The position numbers were made by a program, and so were the translations under genes. Shown piece by piece: positions 36,859-50,205 of a stretch of DNA of 64,000 nt (its first letter is position 1; the number at the start of each line of letters is the position of its first letter). Below the pieces are notes generated by a model. It was not told the DNA's origin, ran no database searches, and saw only the letters and a list, made by a program, of their open reading frames with translations. The stretch is from positions 1 through 64,000 of the forward strand of contig JAUCBJ010008100.1 of NCBI GenBank assembly GCA_032718475.1, read 5' to 3'. This DNA is from Nemertoderma westbladi (lineage: Eukaryota; Animalia; Xenacoelomorpha).

Positions 36859-39698
36859 GTTTCCAACTTTGAAATTCTATCCGTATTCTTGAAAGGCAAG
36901 ATGTCCGATGGAAGTTCGTTGTACTTTATTGATGCCGCTGGGTGTATTGGCATACATAGTTCAGTAGAAACCTCGGCCTTCTGCCCAGGGAGTAATCAAC
37001 TGAGTGTCTACAAAAGGATAAGGGATATTCTCCATGTTCCTAAAGTCGTTTTGGAGATCTCCATAAACAGCTGAGCCGATTTTAAGGATTCTTTAGTTAA
37101 ACAACATCTCGAGCACAGGCTGGGGTAACATCGATCCATCGATACCCATGGCCGGTTTGCGCTCGGTGTCAGTGACGTAACGCTGCGCGAGTTCGAATTG
37201 TCCATGTCGGAGTTTCTTTTGTATCTCGGTGAGGGTCTCAAAAGAATAATCAATCACGTCGGAACACGCTCGAGTAAACACGTGGGTAGAACCAGCTAGT
37301 CCTCGTATATGTATCATGCGCGTAGTTCCCAGTTCTCCAACCGGAACGCTACCTTCGTTATCGTAAGTGACAACTCCATACATTTCGATAACGTTAAGAG
37401 TTTCATTCCACTCTTTAGTGGCGTTTTCTAGGGTCATTCCCACTGGATGCCACAAGGTGGCGCATTCGCTAGCGTTAGGTAGATCCCTATACTTCAGATA
37501 CTGTGTAGTATACGTCTCTACATCTCCATATCGTTGTATTCTCTCCTCCTCGAATAACACGTCGAGATTCCAGTGGACTAATCGAGTTTTGATAAATCCA
37601 TCGAGATTATACGGAGGTATTATATCCTTCTCTATTCTGGAAACATTGTAGGGTTTTTGGAATGAGTTTACTTTCACTAACTGATCCAGATGTTTCTGCA
37701 GTTGTTCGAGTTCGACAAGATCGAGAGGATTTATTAGTGGTAGAAACCTTAGACTATGTGTAGGATCTTCCGGTTTTACCATGTAATATTGAGTTAGATT
37801 GACATAATAAGGGTGATCTTTGATCCCATAAAACGAGTTCGGTAAAGGTCTAGTGCGTATGTTTACCTCATGTACCATACGACGGACAAGATCCGCTCGA
37901 TTGTCCGGAGGTTCAACGAGTATACCATCGACACGAGCGGCCTCGATTGGCAGACGCTGTAACATTGGAGCGTCGGCGATAAGATCTCGAGATCTTAGGT
38001 TGATATCAACCGGTTGGGGTTGTACCATTGCGAAGAGTTTGTCTCTGAAATGGGGAACCATCGATGGATGAATGATGGTTTTGGAGTAGAGATCCATCAT
38101 AAGGATTTGAGCTTCGGGTTGGGCTAAAGCTCTTTCTTCTCTTTCATCCATTTCGATGTGTTTCTCCTCGAGCTGATTTTCCTCTGCTTGTCGTTGTAAG
38201 CGTTTGTCTAAAAACTCTTGTAGAGAATAGGTTCGTCTAAGTTCGATCGATACTTCCTCGAGGTTCTGGATTTCTCGATCGAACTGGGGTAAGGCCAACT
38301 CCTTCACCGCTTGGACTTGTTGCTGCAATTTGCGTTTCTCTAAACAATCATAAATTCCTTTTCCTATCTTCTGTCGATTACCCACGAGTTGAGTAAAGGG
38401 CAACTTTGTGCCTGGTTGGCGACAGTATACAAGGTAACATCAACCTTCAACTCATTGTGCACTGGCCGCATTCTTAATTATCACTGAAAAACTGGAAAAC
38501 TGATAAACTGGATACTTATTGAGTTGCTGCAATTTGCGTTTCTCTAAACAATCATAAGTTCCTTTTCCTATCTTCTGTCGAATAGCGTCTAACGCGTTTC
38601 GTACAACGCTCTCCTCGACTTCGGTGACGGGTTGTATCGGGGTTAACCCAGGACGATTGTATGGGTTGAACGGCGATATTAGATGTCCGCGTCCCAATCC
38701 GGATAAGTAGGATGGGCGAATATCTAGCGAGCCCACTACCGGAGTGCCACTGATTAATTGTTCGGGTAACACAAGATCTTTGAACAGTGAATACAGTTCA
38801 GGAGGATCCGTTATACTATTAGGATCAAGAGTTTGAGGTCTCACTAGGGAATGAGGAGGTCTGACCGAGTATTCCGGAACTCTGATCATGGGTTTATTTA
38901 AAGATCGTTTGAGTCGAGCGATCGTAGGTGACACGTCGAACAAGTTTCGCTCGAAACTCCCGTAAGTATAGCGAGTAAAACTGTGTTTAGCGCAACGTCT
39001 CCGCGGATGTTTATGTCTTTCCGTTTGTTGGTTGGGTCTAGGGCATTCATCACAATAATACCAAAGACGCACATCCTGTAGAGGAAACGCGGGTGACCAT
39101 TCTCCAGTTTAACAATATTCCTCCATCTGTTCGAAGCTATCCGGGACAACAGGTAGCGGTCGATCGGCGGTAAGATACATCATAGTGAAATAGAGCCGTT
39201 TGAGTTCTATCATAGGATCATGATGTATACCTTGAGGATATCGAGTTTCTAGATTTTGTAGGCTGGCAATATTGAGATATGTTTCTCTCAATAATTCCAG
39301 ATATTCGTTGAAGTCGCTGCGTTTATCCGGCTCTTCAACGTCTTCTCTTTCGAGTCGGTTTCGAATAGAATTCTCGTGTTCGATTATCAGTTTATCGTTC
39401 TGACTCCGCTGGGTATGATATTTAAAGAGAACCATTTCCCTTTCGGTGTCTACATCGTCCGTATCATGTAAATTGATAGGATGGCCAGTAGTTAAGAAGT
39501 CCATATACGTACCATTACGATGCGTATAGTGAGCGGTGAATTTTCTATAGTCCAATTCACGCGTGAGTTGTTCCTTGGACATTGGCGGTTCGATATAACG
39601 GCCATCGTCCTCCGTAGTATTAAACTATCAACAAATGCTTGCAATGGTAGGGTATATCGCTCCCTGATACCAAGATCATCTTCTATCAACTCAGTCAT
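36859..39698 (-). pseudogene. Outer element ORF3, N-terminal part (Cys/His motif, coiled coil, DEDDy exonuclease ExoI/ExoII)
   Basis: VVTYDNEG (ExoI DxE), RMIHIRGLAGSTHVF, LPQPVLEMLFN*RILKIGSAVYGDL...FVDTQ (ExoII), read through the stop at 37093. Confidence 0.75.
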
Positions 39699-41514
39699 AG
39701 CTGCTATATGAGTTTATCAAGATTATAATTAATTATAATTAGGCTAGCGGGCGTCGCTGCCTACCCCTCACTGCCCCTGGACAGCGCAAGATCCTCAGCG
39801 CCGATGTACTGTTGTCACGGTGCTTATCGCCAATGTAGTAGCTACACAACGACAACAATAACCAGTGCGAGTCACTCCACTGTCCGTCCCAAGGGCTTAG
39901 ATTTACTTCAGGTTCTCACTGCAGAGGTAGGGCTACTTTCACAACTGCGACTGGCTACTCTGTAAACACACTTTAGAAGCAACATTCACCTATAAACGCA
40001 CAAATTCCACACAACTGTCACAAATTGTACACATTCGGGCCATTTGTCCGTTAGTCAAGTGCCTTCCAGAATGCCACGTTATTATTATGTATCCTTGGAT
40101 ACTAGCAGTGCACTATTTATTCCTTATGCTATTCAATGGGGCAAGCTTTCTATTGTTCTTTTAACTCGCTTCTAATTCTAGCGTGGTTGTTGCTATGGTG
40201 AGATTATGGAAAGCTAGCAGTAGAATTAGGGTAATTCTCATGCATACAGATCTGGGATGCTATTTAATAGTAATTCTTTAATTGTCAATATTCCCCCTTA
40301 TACATGATGTTATGAATTTTATCGGCTATTAGAGATTCTCGCACACTAATATACTTAATAGGGTGAATCTCCGCTCCCATGATCTATTAATTAATGGAAT
40401 TTTGGGAATGTTATAAATTGTATAAAATAAGAATTTATCAAATTCATGAGAGGATATGAATTTAAAATTATTCCCATAAATTTTATTATTTAATATTAAA
40501 TAGGCACAATTTTATTCCAGAGCATGTCTGGGAACTAGGATCCTTGATTCTAGGAAATTTGTCCTTTTAAGAGTATCGGTAAGTGCTACGATATCTTAAT
40601 CGACTAGAATTTTAAAGGATCTAAATTTTAACAGATTTTGATTTATAGATTTTCTCGGTTTACAAACTCCTTAGAATTTATTTGTATGCATTTACTCTAT
40701 TATAACATTTGTTTTAATATATTTTTATAAATATTAACTATGTAATATTTATGATGGGCACCGGTTTATTCCAGAACATGTCTGGGGACGTTAACCATTG
40801 ATTCTAGAATTTTGTCTTTCAAGTATATCGGTAGGTGCCACGATATCTTAATCGACTAGAATTACAGATGGTCAAAGGGTTTAACAGATTTATTTTGCGT
40901 TTTACGCTACTGTTAAAGGGACATCACGCTACTATATGTATTATTTAATATACGGTATGAGAGCAATATTGCAAGAAGCAATGTCAGTGAGAAGAGGCAA
41001 GTCGTTTCCAAGGTCTACCCAGAGCTTGGTTTAGCCGAGACACGAGGATCTGAACTTTGCATTCCTTATACTCTACTTACCAATGATACTTGAGTATAGT
41101 AGGAGCTTTATTGTACTTTAATAAGTATGGATATTTCATCTTACTGTAGTCACGCATTTATAATATGATACGGACAGTAAGGAAAGAGAAAATAATTATT
41201 TCTCGCCGTTATGCTAAATACATATAATATAAGTAGTTAAATAATAAACGCGAATATATATTGCTCTAATTCTACTAAATAATCGCTAAAATAACATTCT
41301 ACTAAATAAAATTAAAGAAAACGATTATAATAAAATTATATAATAATACATACATAAATATAAAAATAATAACCAGCTAAAGACCCTCAATACTTTATTT
41401 TTTTATCATCTTTACACTATGCTGCCGCTGGTGAATGCCTACCACTTCATCCGTTCGAAAAATAATAAAAAACGAATATAAAATAATATAGTCATACACC
41501 CACTCCAGACGCTG

Positions 41515-43035
41515 TTACGTTGGGGAGTCCCTAGATGTTTGTTGGATTAGGGAGGTGGTCGTGGGAAGAGTATCTTGCCTTCCATAGTTTCCGGACAGTT
41601 CTCTGTCTCTTTCCAGTAAACATAAACGACCAACTGGGCGATTGAGCTGCTGTGTTTCGAACACAATTCCAGGTTTCTTAAAGTTACGTCGCATGACGAC
41701 GAGTTCTACCGATCGCACCAAACCATCATCTGAGATATGAGTCTCGATGATACGACCTGTCTGCCACCGCTTACGTGGAAGATCTGATTCCACAATAAGG
41801 ACCATGTCTCCGGCGCTGACGTTTTCTTGCTGCGCAAACCACTTGGTTCGAAGTTGTAGCGTAGGCAGATAATGTTTTTCGAAATGGTCAGCGAAACGAC
41901 GGGATAATAACTGCATAAGTTGCCAAGTTTGTCGGCAGTATTCGTCTCCGTCCGTGATTTCCGATCGTGGGAGCATGGCTATAGGTTTCTTCAGTAGGAA
42001 ATGCGCGGGTGTTAGCGCTTCCAGGGAGTCGGGACTCGATGAGACTGGCATAAGCGGTCTTTCGTTAAGATCGGCGGCGATTTCTTCCATTAACGTCCGC
42101 AAAAGTTCGTCGGTGAGATACGCGCGGCATGGCACTATAAAGTGAAATGCGGTCTTCACGCTTCTTATTATTCTCTCCCAACTTCCTCCCCACCAAGGGG
42201 CATCGGCGGCATTGAATGTCCAGCTAGATGCTGTTACCCTTAGCTGATCGTCCACCTGTCTTTGGTTCCAATCTCTAACATAAGCCTTGATCTCATTATT
42301 GGCGCCAATGAAGTTCGTCCCCTTATCAGATCTCATCGTGTTGATAGTTTCAAAGCGAGCGATCTGTCGGCATAGACTCAGTATGAAGCTGTTGGTAGAT
42401 AGATCGTTCACCATATCTAAATGGATCGCTCTAAAAGTCATACAGACAAAGATGACACACCATCGCTTGACTATAGTCCTGGCACGATATACTTCAATAG
42501 GGCCAAATAAATCCACACCGGTATTAGTAAAGGGTGGTTCATAGAAGCTTACTCGTTCCCTAGGTAATTCTGCCTCTCGCTGTGTTAAAGGCCTACTGAA
42601 TGCTTTCCTACAGGGTATACAGTTCCTAAGAACTTGGTTCAGAGCTCTACGGGGTTTATGAAAATAATAGCGAGTTCGAATTTCGCTAAGAACTCGTTCT
42701 CTACCAGCATGGTAAAGCTTACTGTGAACATCTACCATCATCTTGATTTGTATTTCAAGATTTCTAATGAGTATGGGAAACTTAGTGTCAAAGGATAATG
42801 GAGCATTAGTTAGTCTCCCTCCAACGCGTATTAACCCATCTATCATTGTGCTAGAGAAACGATCCCTTAAGCGCATCTGTGGATTTCTCAAAAACAGGAA
42901 ATACTTATCGGAATCTTCATAGCATTGCAGGAGTCTCAGTATCTGCTTATTGGTTTCTTCATGCTCCTGGTAACTGATCTTCTCCATCAGAAAACCTATC
43001 TGATATTTTATATTTGGGAAGATCTTTAATAGCAT
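41515..43035 (-). pseudogene. Integrase region of outer BEL pol
   Basis: RVGGRL, H-x4-H...CIPC zinc finger, TGVDLFGP, RAIHLD, SDKGTNF, APWWGGSWERIIRSVK, LNERPL, LTPAHFL. Confidence 0.95.
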
Positions 43036-45061
43036 GGACCTGCGCAGATGTCAGTGGAGCGGTATCACTAGCGATCTTCGTCCTGGAGTAGTGATGATGA
43101 AAACATCGCTTTAAATACACGACGACCTTACAAAGCCGATTCCAGGAGCTATAGTGGTTTATCACTCTCTGCAAGAGAGGTGAGAGTCCCTGCGAGACGT
43201 CTGGTGTTCCAGATTTCCAGTCTCTCTCTCTGATTTCCACAACAGACTTATTTGTGGCGGGGGAGTTTGGATCCAAAGCGTCGTCTCCGGAAATGTGTAA
43301 TACAGACAGATCTATCACGGGTTTAAATAACTTCGATTTACTCGTCCGGGTTTTAGGTTTGACTTTCTCCGCTCCCTTGGCTTGTCTAATCTCAGCCGTG
43401 GTAAGATGAGGAGGCCATTCATCTTCTTCTTTACTTAGGAAGTCGGGTCCACCTAACCAGTCCAGAGTATCTATCAGTTCTTGAGGAGTTGCTCCTCTGG
43501 AGGTGATGTCGGCTGGATTAATCGTCCCAGGGCAATGTCTCCATTGATCTACACTAGTGCGACTAAGTATAATGGCTACTCTGTTGGTAACGAAGACGCT
43601 GAACTGACAGACTTCATTGGTTATATACTCCAAAACAAGTAAAGCATCAGTCCAATAGACAGTTTTCTCCAGTGGATAGTCGATCTGTTCTATTACATTC
43701 CGGCCGATGGCTGTAGCGTATAGAGCCGCATTTAACTCCGCTCGAGGAACTCGTAGTTTGTTGTTTATCAAGGCCTTAGAGGTAACCAAGGCAACCTTAA
43801 TTCCATCCGGAGTTTCAACCCTCAGGTAGGCTACTATACCTATTCCCATGTCACTGGCGTCTCCAAACACATGGAGTTGATAGGAATACGTGGGGAGAAT
43901 GTGACCAAAATAAGAACGGGAAATCGTAAAGTTCTCGATGGATGGCAGAGAATCTTCCCATTTCATCCACTTCTTTAGAAGTTCTCCCTTAAGTGGATCG
44001 TCCCACGAGTGGTTTTCAAGCCATATTTGTTAAACTAAACTCTGAGCAACCAATATAACTGGGCTAATAAATCCCAATGGATCGAAATAAGTGCTCAGGA
44101 TACTTAGACAAATCCGTTTTGTTCGAACTGGATTATCTCGCTGCTTTAGCTGGAAAAACAGGATATCTCTCTCCGTGTCCCATTTCAAACCAAGTGTCTT
44201 GGTTTCTGGAAAATCGTCCTTGATTAGGTCTAGATCTTTAACTCCTCGGTCTTCTACCGGGATCGATTCCAGAAACTCACGGGAGTTACTTGTGAATTTA
44301 GTTAGTCGAAAACCACCGCGTTTCAAGCACTCTACCGTTCCCTTGGTAACATCAATGGCTTCTTCCACCGATGGGAGGGACTTTAAATTATCGTCCATGT
44401 ATATATCCCGTTTGATGTTGTCGATAACCGCTTTAGAGAAGGCGTCTCGGTTGTCATCAGCAGTGGTGCGCACTACTGAACAGGCGTTCGAGGGGCTCGA
44501 GATGATCCCGAAAGCCTGGATGGTCATCCAGTACTCCACAGGTTTTTGGTTGAGGTCTCCTTCAGGCCACCACAGAAATTGTAGGCTGTCTCGATCCCTA
44601 TCCAGCGCCTTAACTTGTAAGAACATGCCTTCTATATCCGAGGTGAAGGCGATCGAATATTGCTGTAATCTTAAGAGTATTCCCAACAAGGATTGGAGTA
44701 AGTTGGGTCCCGGCAACAACTTGGAGTTAAGGGATTGGCCCATGTAAAGGGCAGAGCCGTCAAATACTACCTGAACTTCGTTGGGTTTACCGGGTTTGGG
44801 AACGTAATGATGAGTTAGATAATACGTTCTCTCAGTTATGGGTGTTTCTTCCGGTACTCGCTCCGCGTATCCCCTATCGATGAATTTCTTCAGCTGGGTC
44901 TTGTACATCTCTTTAGCTGAAGCATTTGCCGTGAGGCGTCGATGTAGTTGCGCGATTCTCTTCTCCGCCAAGGGTCGGTTATTTATAAAGTTGGGTTGTC
45001 GCTTTCGGAATGGCAGACCAATCTCATACCTCCCTTGATTTTTAAGGAAACGTGTAGTCAT
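42959..45061 (-). pseudogene. RT and Pao-type RNase H region of outer BEL pol
   Basis: VVFDGSA, GPNLL, DIEGMFLQV, FGIISSP, YMDD, KTLGLKW, FDPLG, LHVFGDAS, PRAEL, YWTD, NPADITSRG; stop at 44030. Confidence 0.95.
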
Positions 45062-45130
45062 TTCCTGGATCTGCTTGGCTCTTTCCTCTTCGACCGATAC
45101 TGCTTTGTCGTAGGAATTAGGCTCTACAGC

Positions 45131-48100
45131 TTATTGAGTAAAGAATCGTACGGCGTGTTCGTCGCGAATCTTAGCATTATGTCGATCTATCACCTCATTT
45201 AGCTCATCGTTGTAGTTGAGTTGTCCGCCATGATGGATGAGATGGCAAAGGTGCACTTGGTTTCTCCAAGCTTCACTTTCAGTGAGGAGGTCTATTGTAT
45301 TTTCCTCGTCAAATAGTTGGGTAATATCGTCGTTATCTGAGGAGTATGGTGTTCCCTCAGGTGTGATTTCTCCCTCACTGATTTCTTCTTCCCATTCACT
45401 CACCTGATGGATTTGTTCAGTGGGTAATCTTTCCATGAGCGTTCTACGGGAAGGTCCAGTGAAGTACCAACCTACTCTAGTTCTTCCCGCATAGGTTTGC
45501 AATGGTTGCGGTCGAGCAGGTCTTTTCTCTAATGTCTCAAGCGCCTCATGCGCATTTTGGCCGATTAATATTTGCACCCCTGGGTAGTCGGTGTTGAATC
45601 TAGGTATTTCATGCTGCTGGGTGAAATCATCTTCATCCCAGTTATAAGGTTCCACTTGGCTGGTAGCAAAGTTCTTTATCGCCACCATTTTGACTGACCT
45701 TATGCTGTGTTCTCCTAGTTTGTCTTGGGGAGTGGACAACGCACCTACATAGTAGTCTGTAGCTACTGTAGATTTCCAAACCTGCATAATTCCTGAAAGG
45801 TTTAATTTAGTTCGGAACTTGGATTATCCTGCAAAGATGTCTTCGGCTAGTTCTTTATCGATGAATGTTCCTGTGCTGCCGGAGTCCAGGAGTGCATTGA
45901 CTATAAAACTCTTACTTAATCCATGGACTCTTAGCTGAACTACGGGGAATTCCCGGATTCCGATGTTGGAAGTTGGCGCTTTCCAAGATGGTTGTCGGTC
46001 AGGAATAACCGGGTGTGCTTCATTATCGGTTTCAGTCTCATACGTAAGCGCTCGATATACCGCGGTGTTTATCAGATAACAGGATTCGTTTTCATCGGAG
46101 AATTCGTCCGTGTAAAATCCTTCCATCTCAGTGTCGTTCACATCACTGAATTGGACATGTAGTTCGGACTCACTTACCTGACTCGGGCTGTTTCTTTCAA
46201 ATTCTGTGTGCAGCAAGATATGATGTTTCGCGCCGCACTTAGCACACCTCGCATCGGAGTAACAGGTTCGCCGTTGGTGTCCTTGTCTGAGACAATTATA
46301 GCACAACCGCTTATCCCACATGACATCACGTCTATCTTTTAGGGATTTCTTTAATAATTCATCACACACACTTAAACGATGGGGCCCATCGCACAATGCA
46401 CATTTTGGTTTGATGTTACTTACTTTACCTTGGGTAGTGTTGTGCACACTCGTTCTTTCCTCGGGCTTTCTTCCATGAACTCTCTTAGGAGACGTAGGAG
46501 GAGTTTTTGTTACCTGTTCTCTCCTGTCACTGGTTCGAGACTTAAATTTACTTACATCTTTAGGTGCTTTGTTGACATAGTAAGATCTTTCGGTGTCTTT
46601 CCCGCTGTTCTCCTCTTGAGAGGTCTGGCTTTCGCCGTCGTCTCTATAACATACTGGTGTTACCTTTCTCATAGAAACGGGTTTTTCACTTACCTTATTT
46701 TCCGGTGTCTTCTCTCGGGACTGCTTTAGGAGCTGTAATTTTACCTCTCCATCTAAGAATGACATGAGATCAGCCATGGTAGGGTCTCTTTGTTGTTGTT
46801 CCATCATATATAGAACTCTTTTGTCCCAACGAGTACCTACTCCACCCTTTGGCAAGGTAGATGCTACAGCTCCAATAACCATAGAACTCTGATATTCATG
46901 AGACTTACCTAGCCAATCTAATTGTCTACAGATCTCCTGTATCTCATTGGAAAATTCTATACTCCTGCTGCTAAGAAACTTTCGGGGCGCTACCAATTTC
47001 GCATACAAATACCTAGCTATGTTATTCCTATTACCATACCTGATGTTTAGTGTATCCCAAACTTGTCTTAATCCATCTGGATGTCCAATAAACTTTAACG
47101 CCATTAACTTGGGAGATCCTTCCAAGCACTCGATGTGGAATCTAAGCTTCTCTCCATTAGATAGCCAGAGTTCTGTTTGTTATCTTTATAATATTCATTA
47201 AAAGGTAACCATTTCATCTCATCTCCGTTGAACTTGACGATCTCTCCCACCTTTACCGCTTGACGGGCTTCGGTTCTAGCCATTTGACGCGTAAAACTTT
47301 CTTGGGCCATCGTATTATTTAATATCGAGTTTTCGGTATATAAATTTCTCGGATTATGATCAGTTCTATATGGAATATCATTATCAACAGGTTTATAATT
47401 ACCCTTAATAGGGTTTACTATAGGAGTTTCTACTTCACTAGCAGTATAGATGCGTGTAGGCTCCGCACCTTGCGCATGAAATACTTCAGACCTAACAGGT
47501 TGACACATTGTTACAGGGGGTGGTGGTATACCCCTTTGTATATTTACTAATTTATCGCGTTCTAATGCGATACTCTGCTGCACTTCTTGCAACTCTAACC
47601 TACCTTCTCTTACTGTTCCCTTTAACTGTTGAACAGTCCCTTCCATCTCTCGGACCTGCTGGGAGAAATGCAAGCGCTGTTCCTCCAATTGTCCGAGCAG
47701 GAGATCCATCCCCCGCCGTCCCTCATCCACCCACTCGACCGCCGAAGCGGGAGCCGCCAACATAGTAGCGGGTAGACGAGGGACGACGGGCGATAAATCG
47801 TTGATGTCTCGCTCGGCGTCCAAGACTGGGACTGATTCTAAGGCTATTCTACTGGGGACAGGTAGTTTAGTACTGTGCAAAGGGAATTTAGAGTTAGGTT
47901 CTGGAAGTACAGGTGTCTCTATCACAGAAGGGGTGGCTTCGAGAACAGGCCTAATTATTTCAGGCTCATCTACTATAGTAGGGAGTCTTTCTACTCTAAT
48001 AATTTGGTCTAATTTGGTAATAATTTGTGGGTTCTGTACTACCTAAATCTGCACTAGCTAGTTGCCTTCTCACAGCTGGGGGCAAATTAGGTAATTTCTG

Positions 48101-49716
48101 ATGGTGAGGCGTTCTTCTACATCTGTTGGAACGAGATCTATTTCCTCCACCTTCAGGATCTGTTGTATCGCCTTCATCAGATGATGTAAATCCCTGTCTC
48201 TTGGGAGTAGATCGACTTATCATCTGCATCTGCTTAGCTGTTCTTTGTTTATTGAAGTAGTCTTGCTTCTCTTGAAGATTTTCCAACTCTAGTTGGACTG
48301 TCTCTTCAGATGCCCTCCATTCTGCTGCTGCCACCGCCTCTGCTGCTTTTCTTTCCGCTTCTACTGCTGCCTCTGCCACTTTTCTTTCCGCTTCTACCGG
48401 TGCCTCTGCCGCCTTTCTTTCCGCTTCTACCGCTGCCTCTGCCGCCTTTCTTTCCGCTTCTGCCGCTGCCGCTGCCGTTGCCGCTGCCGCTGCCGTTGCT
48501 GCTTTTCTTTCAACTTCTGCCGCCGCCGCCGCTGCTGTCTTTCTGTCTTCTATCCGTTTTTTCTTTAATTGTTCTTCCTGTTCCCTAGCGATGAGGATGC
48601 TTTCATCAAATTTAGCCTGCTCTACGGCCAACATTTCCGCATCTAACGAGTCTAACACAAATTTGGCTCCCTCACTAGTAGGATGAAGTCCAGCTAGCCG
48701 TCTCCTTAGCTCTTTGTCGCCTATAAATCGTTGATAGTCCGACAGATAGATGTCAATGGCGTCCTTCTTCTGAGGTTTCTCTGATGTAACCTCGCTTTCC
48801 ACCTGAGAAAAGTTAGCGTCTGTTGATTCTCCGTGGGTCGAGCGCTCAGTTAGCTGAATTTTCCATTGGGTCGTTCCTTGAACTTTAAGACTCACCCGTT
48901 GGAACCAAGTCTTTACGGCAACTTGCAACGACGTGTCTTGGCTTCTCTTCGAGGCTTCCTCAAAGGCCGATAGTATTAGTCTGATTCTTAGGATACGTTC
49001 TCGAACTTGATAAAGCAGCTCTCCCTGCTCTTGAGTTCCTTGGGATTGTTGAAACAGTTGTTCCTCTAATCGTTCCAAAGAGCTGAAGAATCCCTGTAAT
49101 ATCCTGCTGCCGACCTCTTCCACACAGCTGGATCTCTTGTGTCCTTTGTCACTCCCATCCTGTACAAGTCCTCCCAGGCAGCTTCTGATAAGTTAAACGG
49201 GAGTCCGGGTCCGGGGAAGTTCCATTGCGTCTCGACAATAGACTTCAGTTCCTCCCTTGTGTATCCCGCATAACTGTCCTTGGTCGATCACTTACTTCTC
49301 GCCCAATCGATTTGATGTTCTTCCACCGCAATCAATACCCTAGTGAGTACGGCTTCAGGAAGAATGAGAAGTGGATCCGAATAAACTGCTTCTGCCATCT
49401 TTGCTCCGTGCTCGGGTGTCAACTCTACAGTATCTGAACTACTGGAGCTATCGGGCCGCTGAGAAATAAGTTCTCGGTTCGGGGGTTGCTGCTGTTTAAC
49501 AGCTGCCTCTTGGTCCCTCTTGACTTGAGCCCGAGTGCCTATGATAGACCTACGGTGCTTGATTAGCCTAGGGTCTGATACTACTACTGGAGGGATGACC
49601 TTTCTTACAGTAGGAGGGGACTTGAACTTCGGTCTCAAATGTTCCGCACTCCTATCTGAATCGCAGACTGTTGTTTCTAGAAGACTATCTGACAGAGTTT
49701 GCTTTGTGTCAGCCAT
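45131..49716 (-). pseudogene. gag-protease region of the outer BEL element with long Ala/Glu-rich coiled-coil N-terminus; several frameshifts and stops
   Basis: Fragments 49288-49716, 47996-49123, 47104-47925, 45824-47125 and 45131-45787 match the inner ORF; triple knuckle and LDSGS present. Confidence 0.92.
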
Positions 49717-50205
49717 GTTTGATTGTACAGTTGAATGCCTACTACTATAACTACAGTTAAAGCAAGTCTAGTAATTCAGTATCAACTATAAGCCTCGTAA
49801 TTAATTACCGATACTGTTACTCAGTGTAACGTGATATATATAGAATATATTAGAATACCGGTATACACCTATAGTATATATATAAGTATTATTACAGACT
49901 AGGGTTTGTCACAGAATACCGGTATATAATTTCAGCATAAATTTATAGAAATAAATACAATAAGCCTATCGCAAATACCGGTATACAGCATACACTTATA
50001 GTATGTATATAAGTACGATTATAGACTAGGATTAATTACAAAATACCGGTATATATTTTTATCTTAAATTTATAGAAATAAATATAATAAGCCTATTATA
50101 AATACCGGTAATGTCAATTATTTTAGAATAACTGAATTTCTGAATTTTAGGGTTACTTTTCTTTACTTTATTACTGTTATTAAGCAGTAGTCCAACCGAT
50201 ATTAA

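Noticed and set aside
23961-39698. ORF3 as an envelope gene
   Set aside because: No visible signal peptide, transmembrane anchor or fusion-protein pattern; exonuclease and knuckle motifs are present instead.
44091-44747. 218-aa antisense ORF over RT, and similar shadow ORFs over gag and ACSBG
   Set aside because: Antisense shadows of coding sequence with no recognizable motifs.
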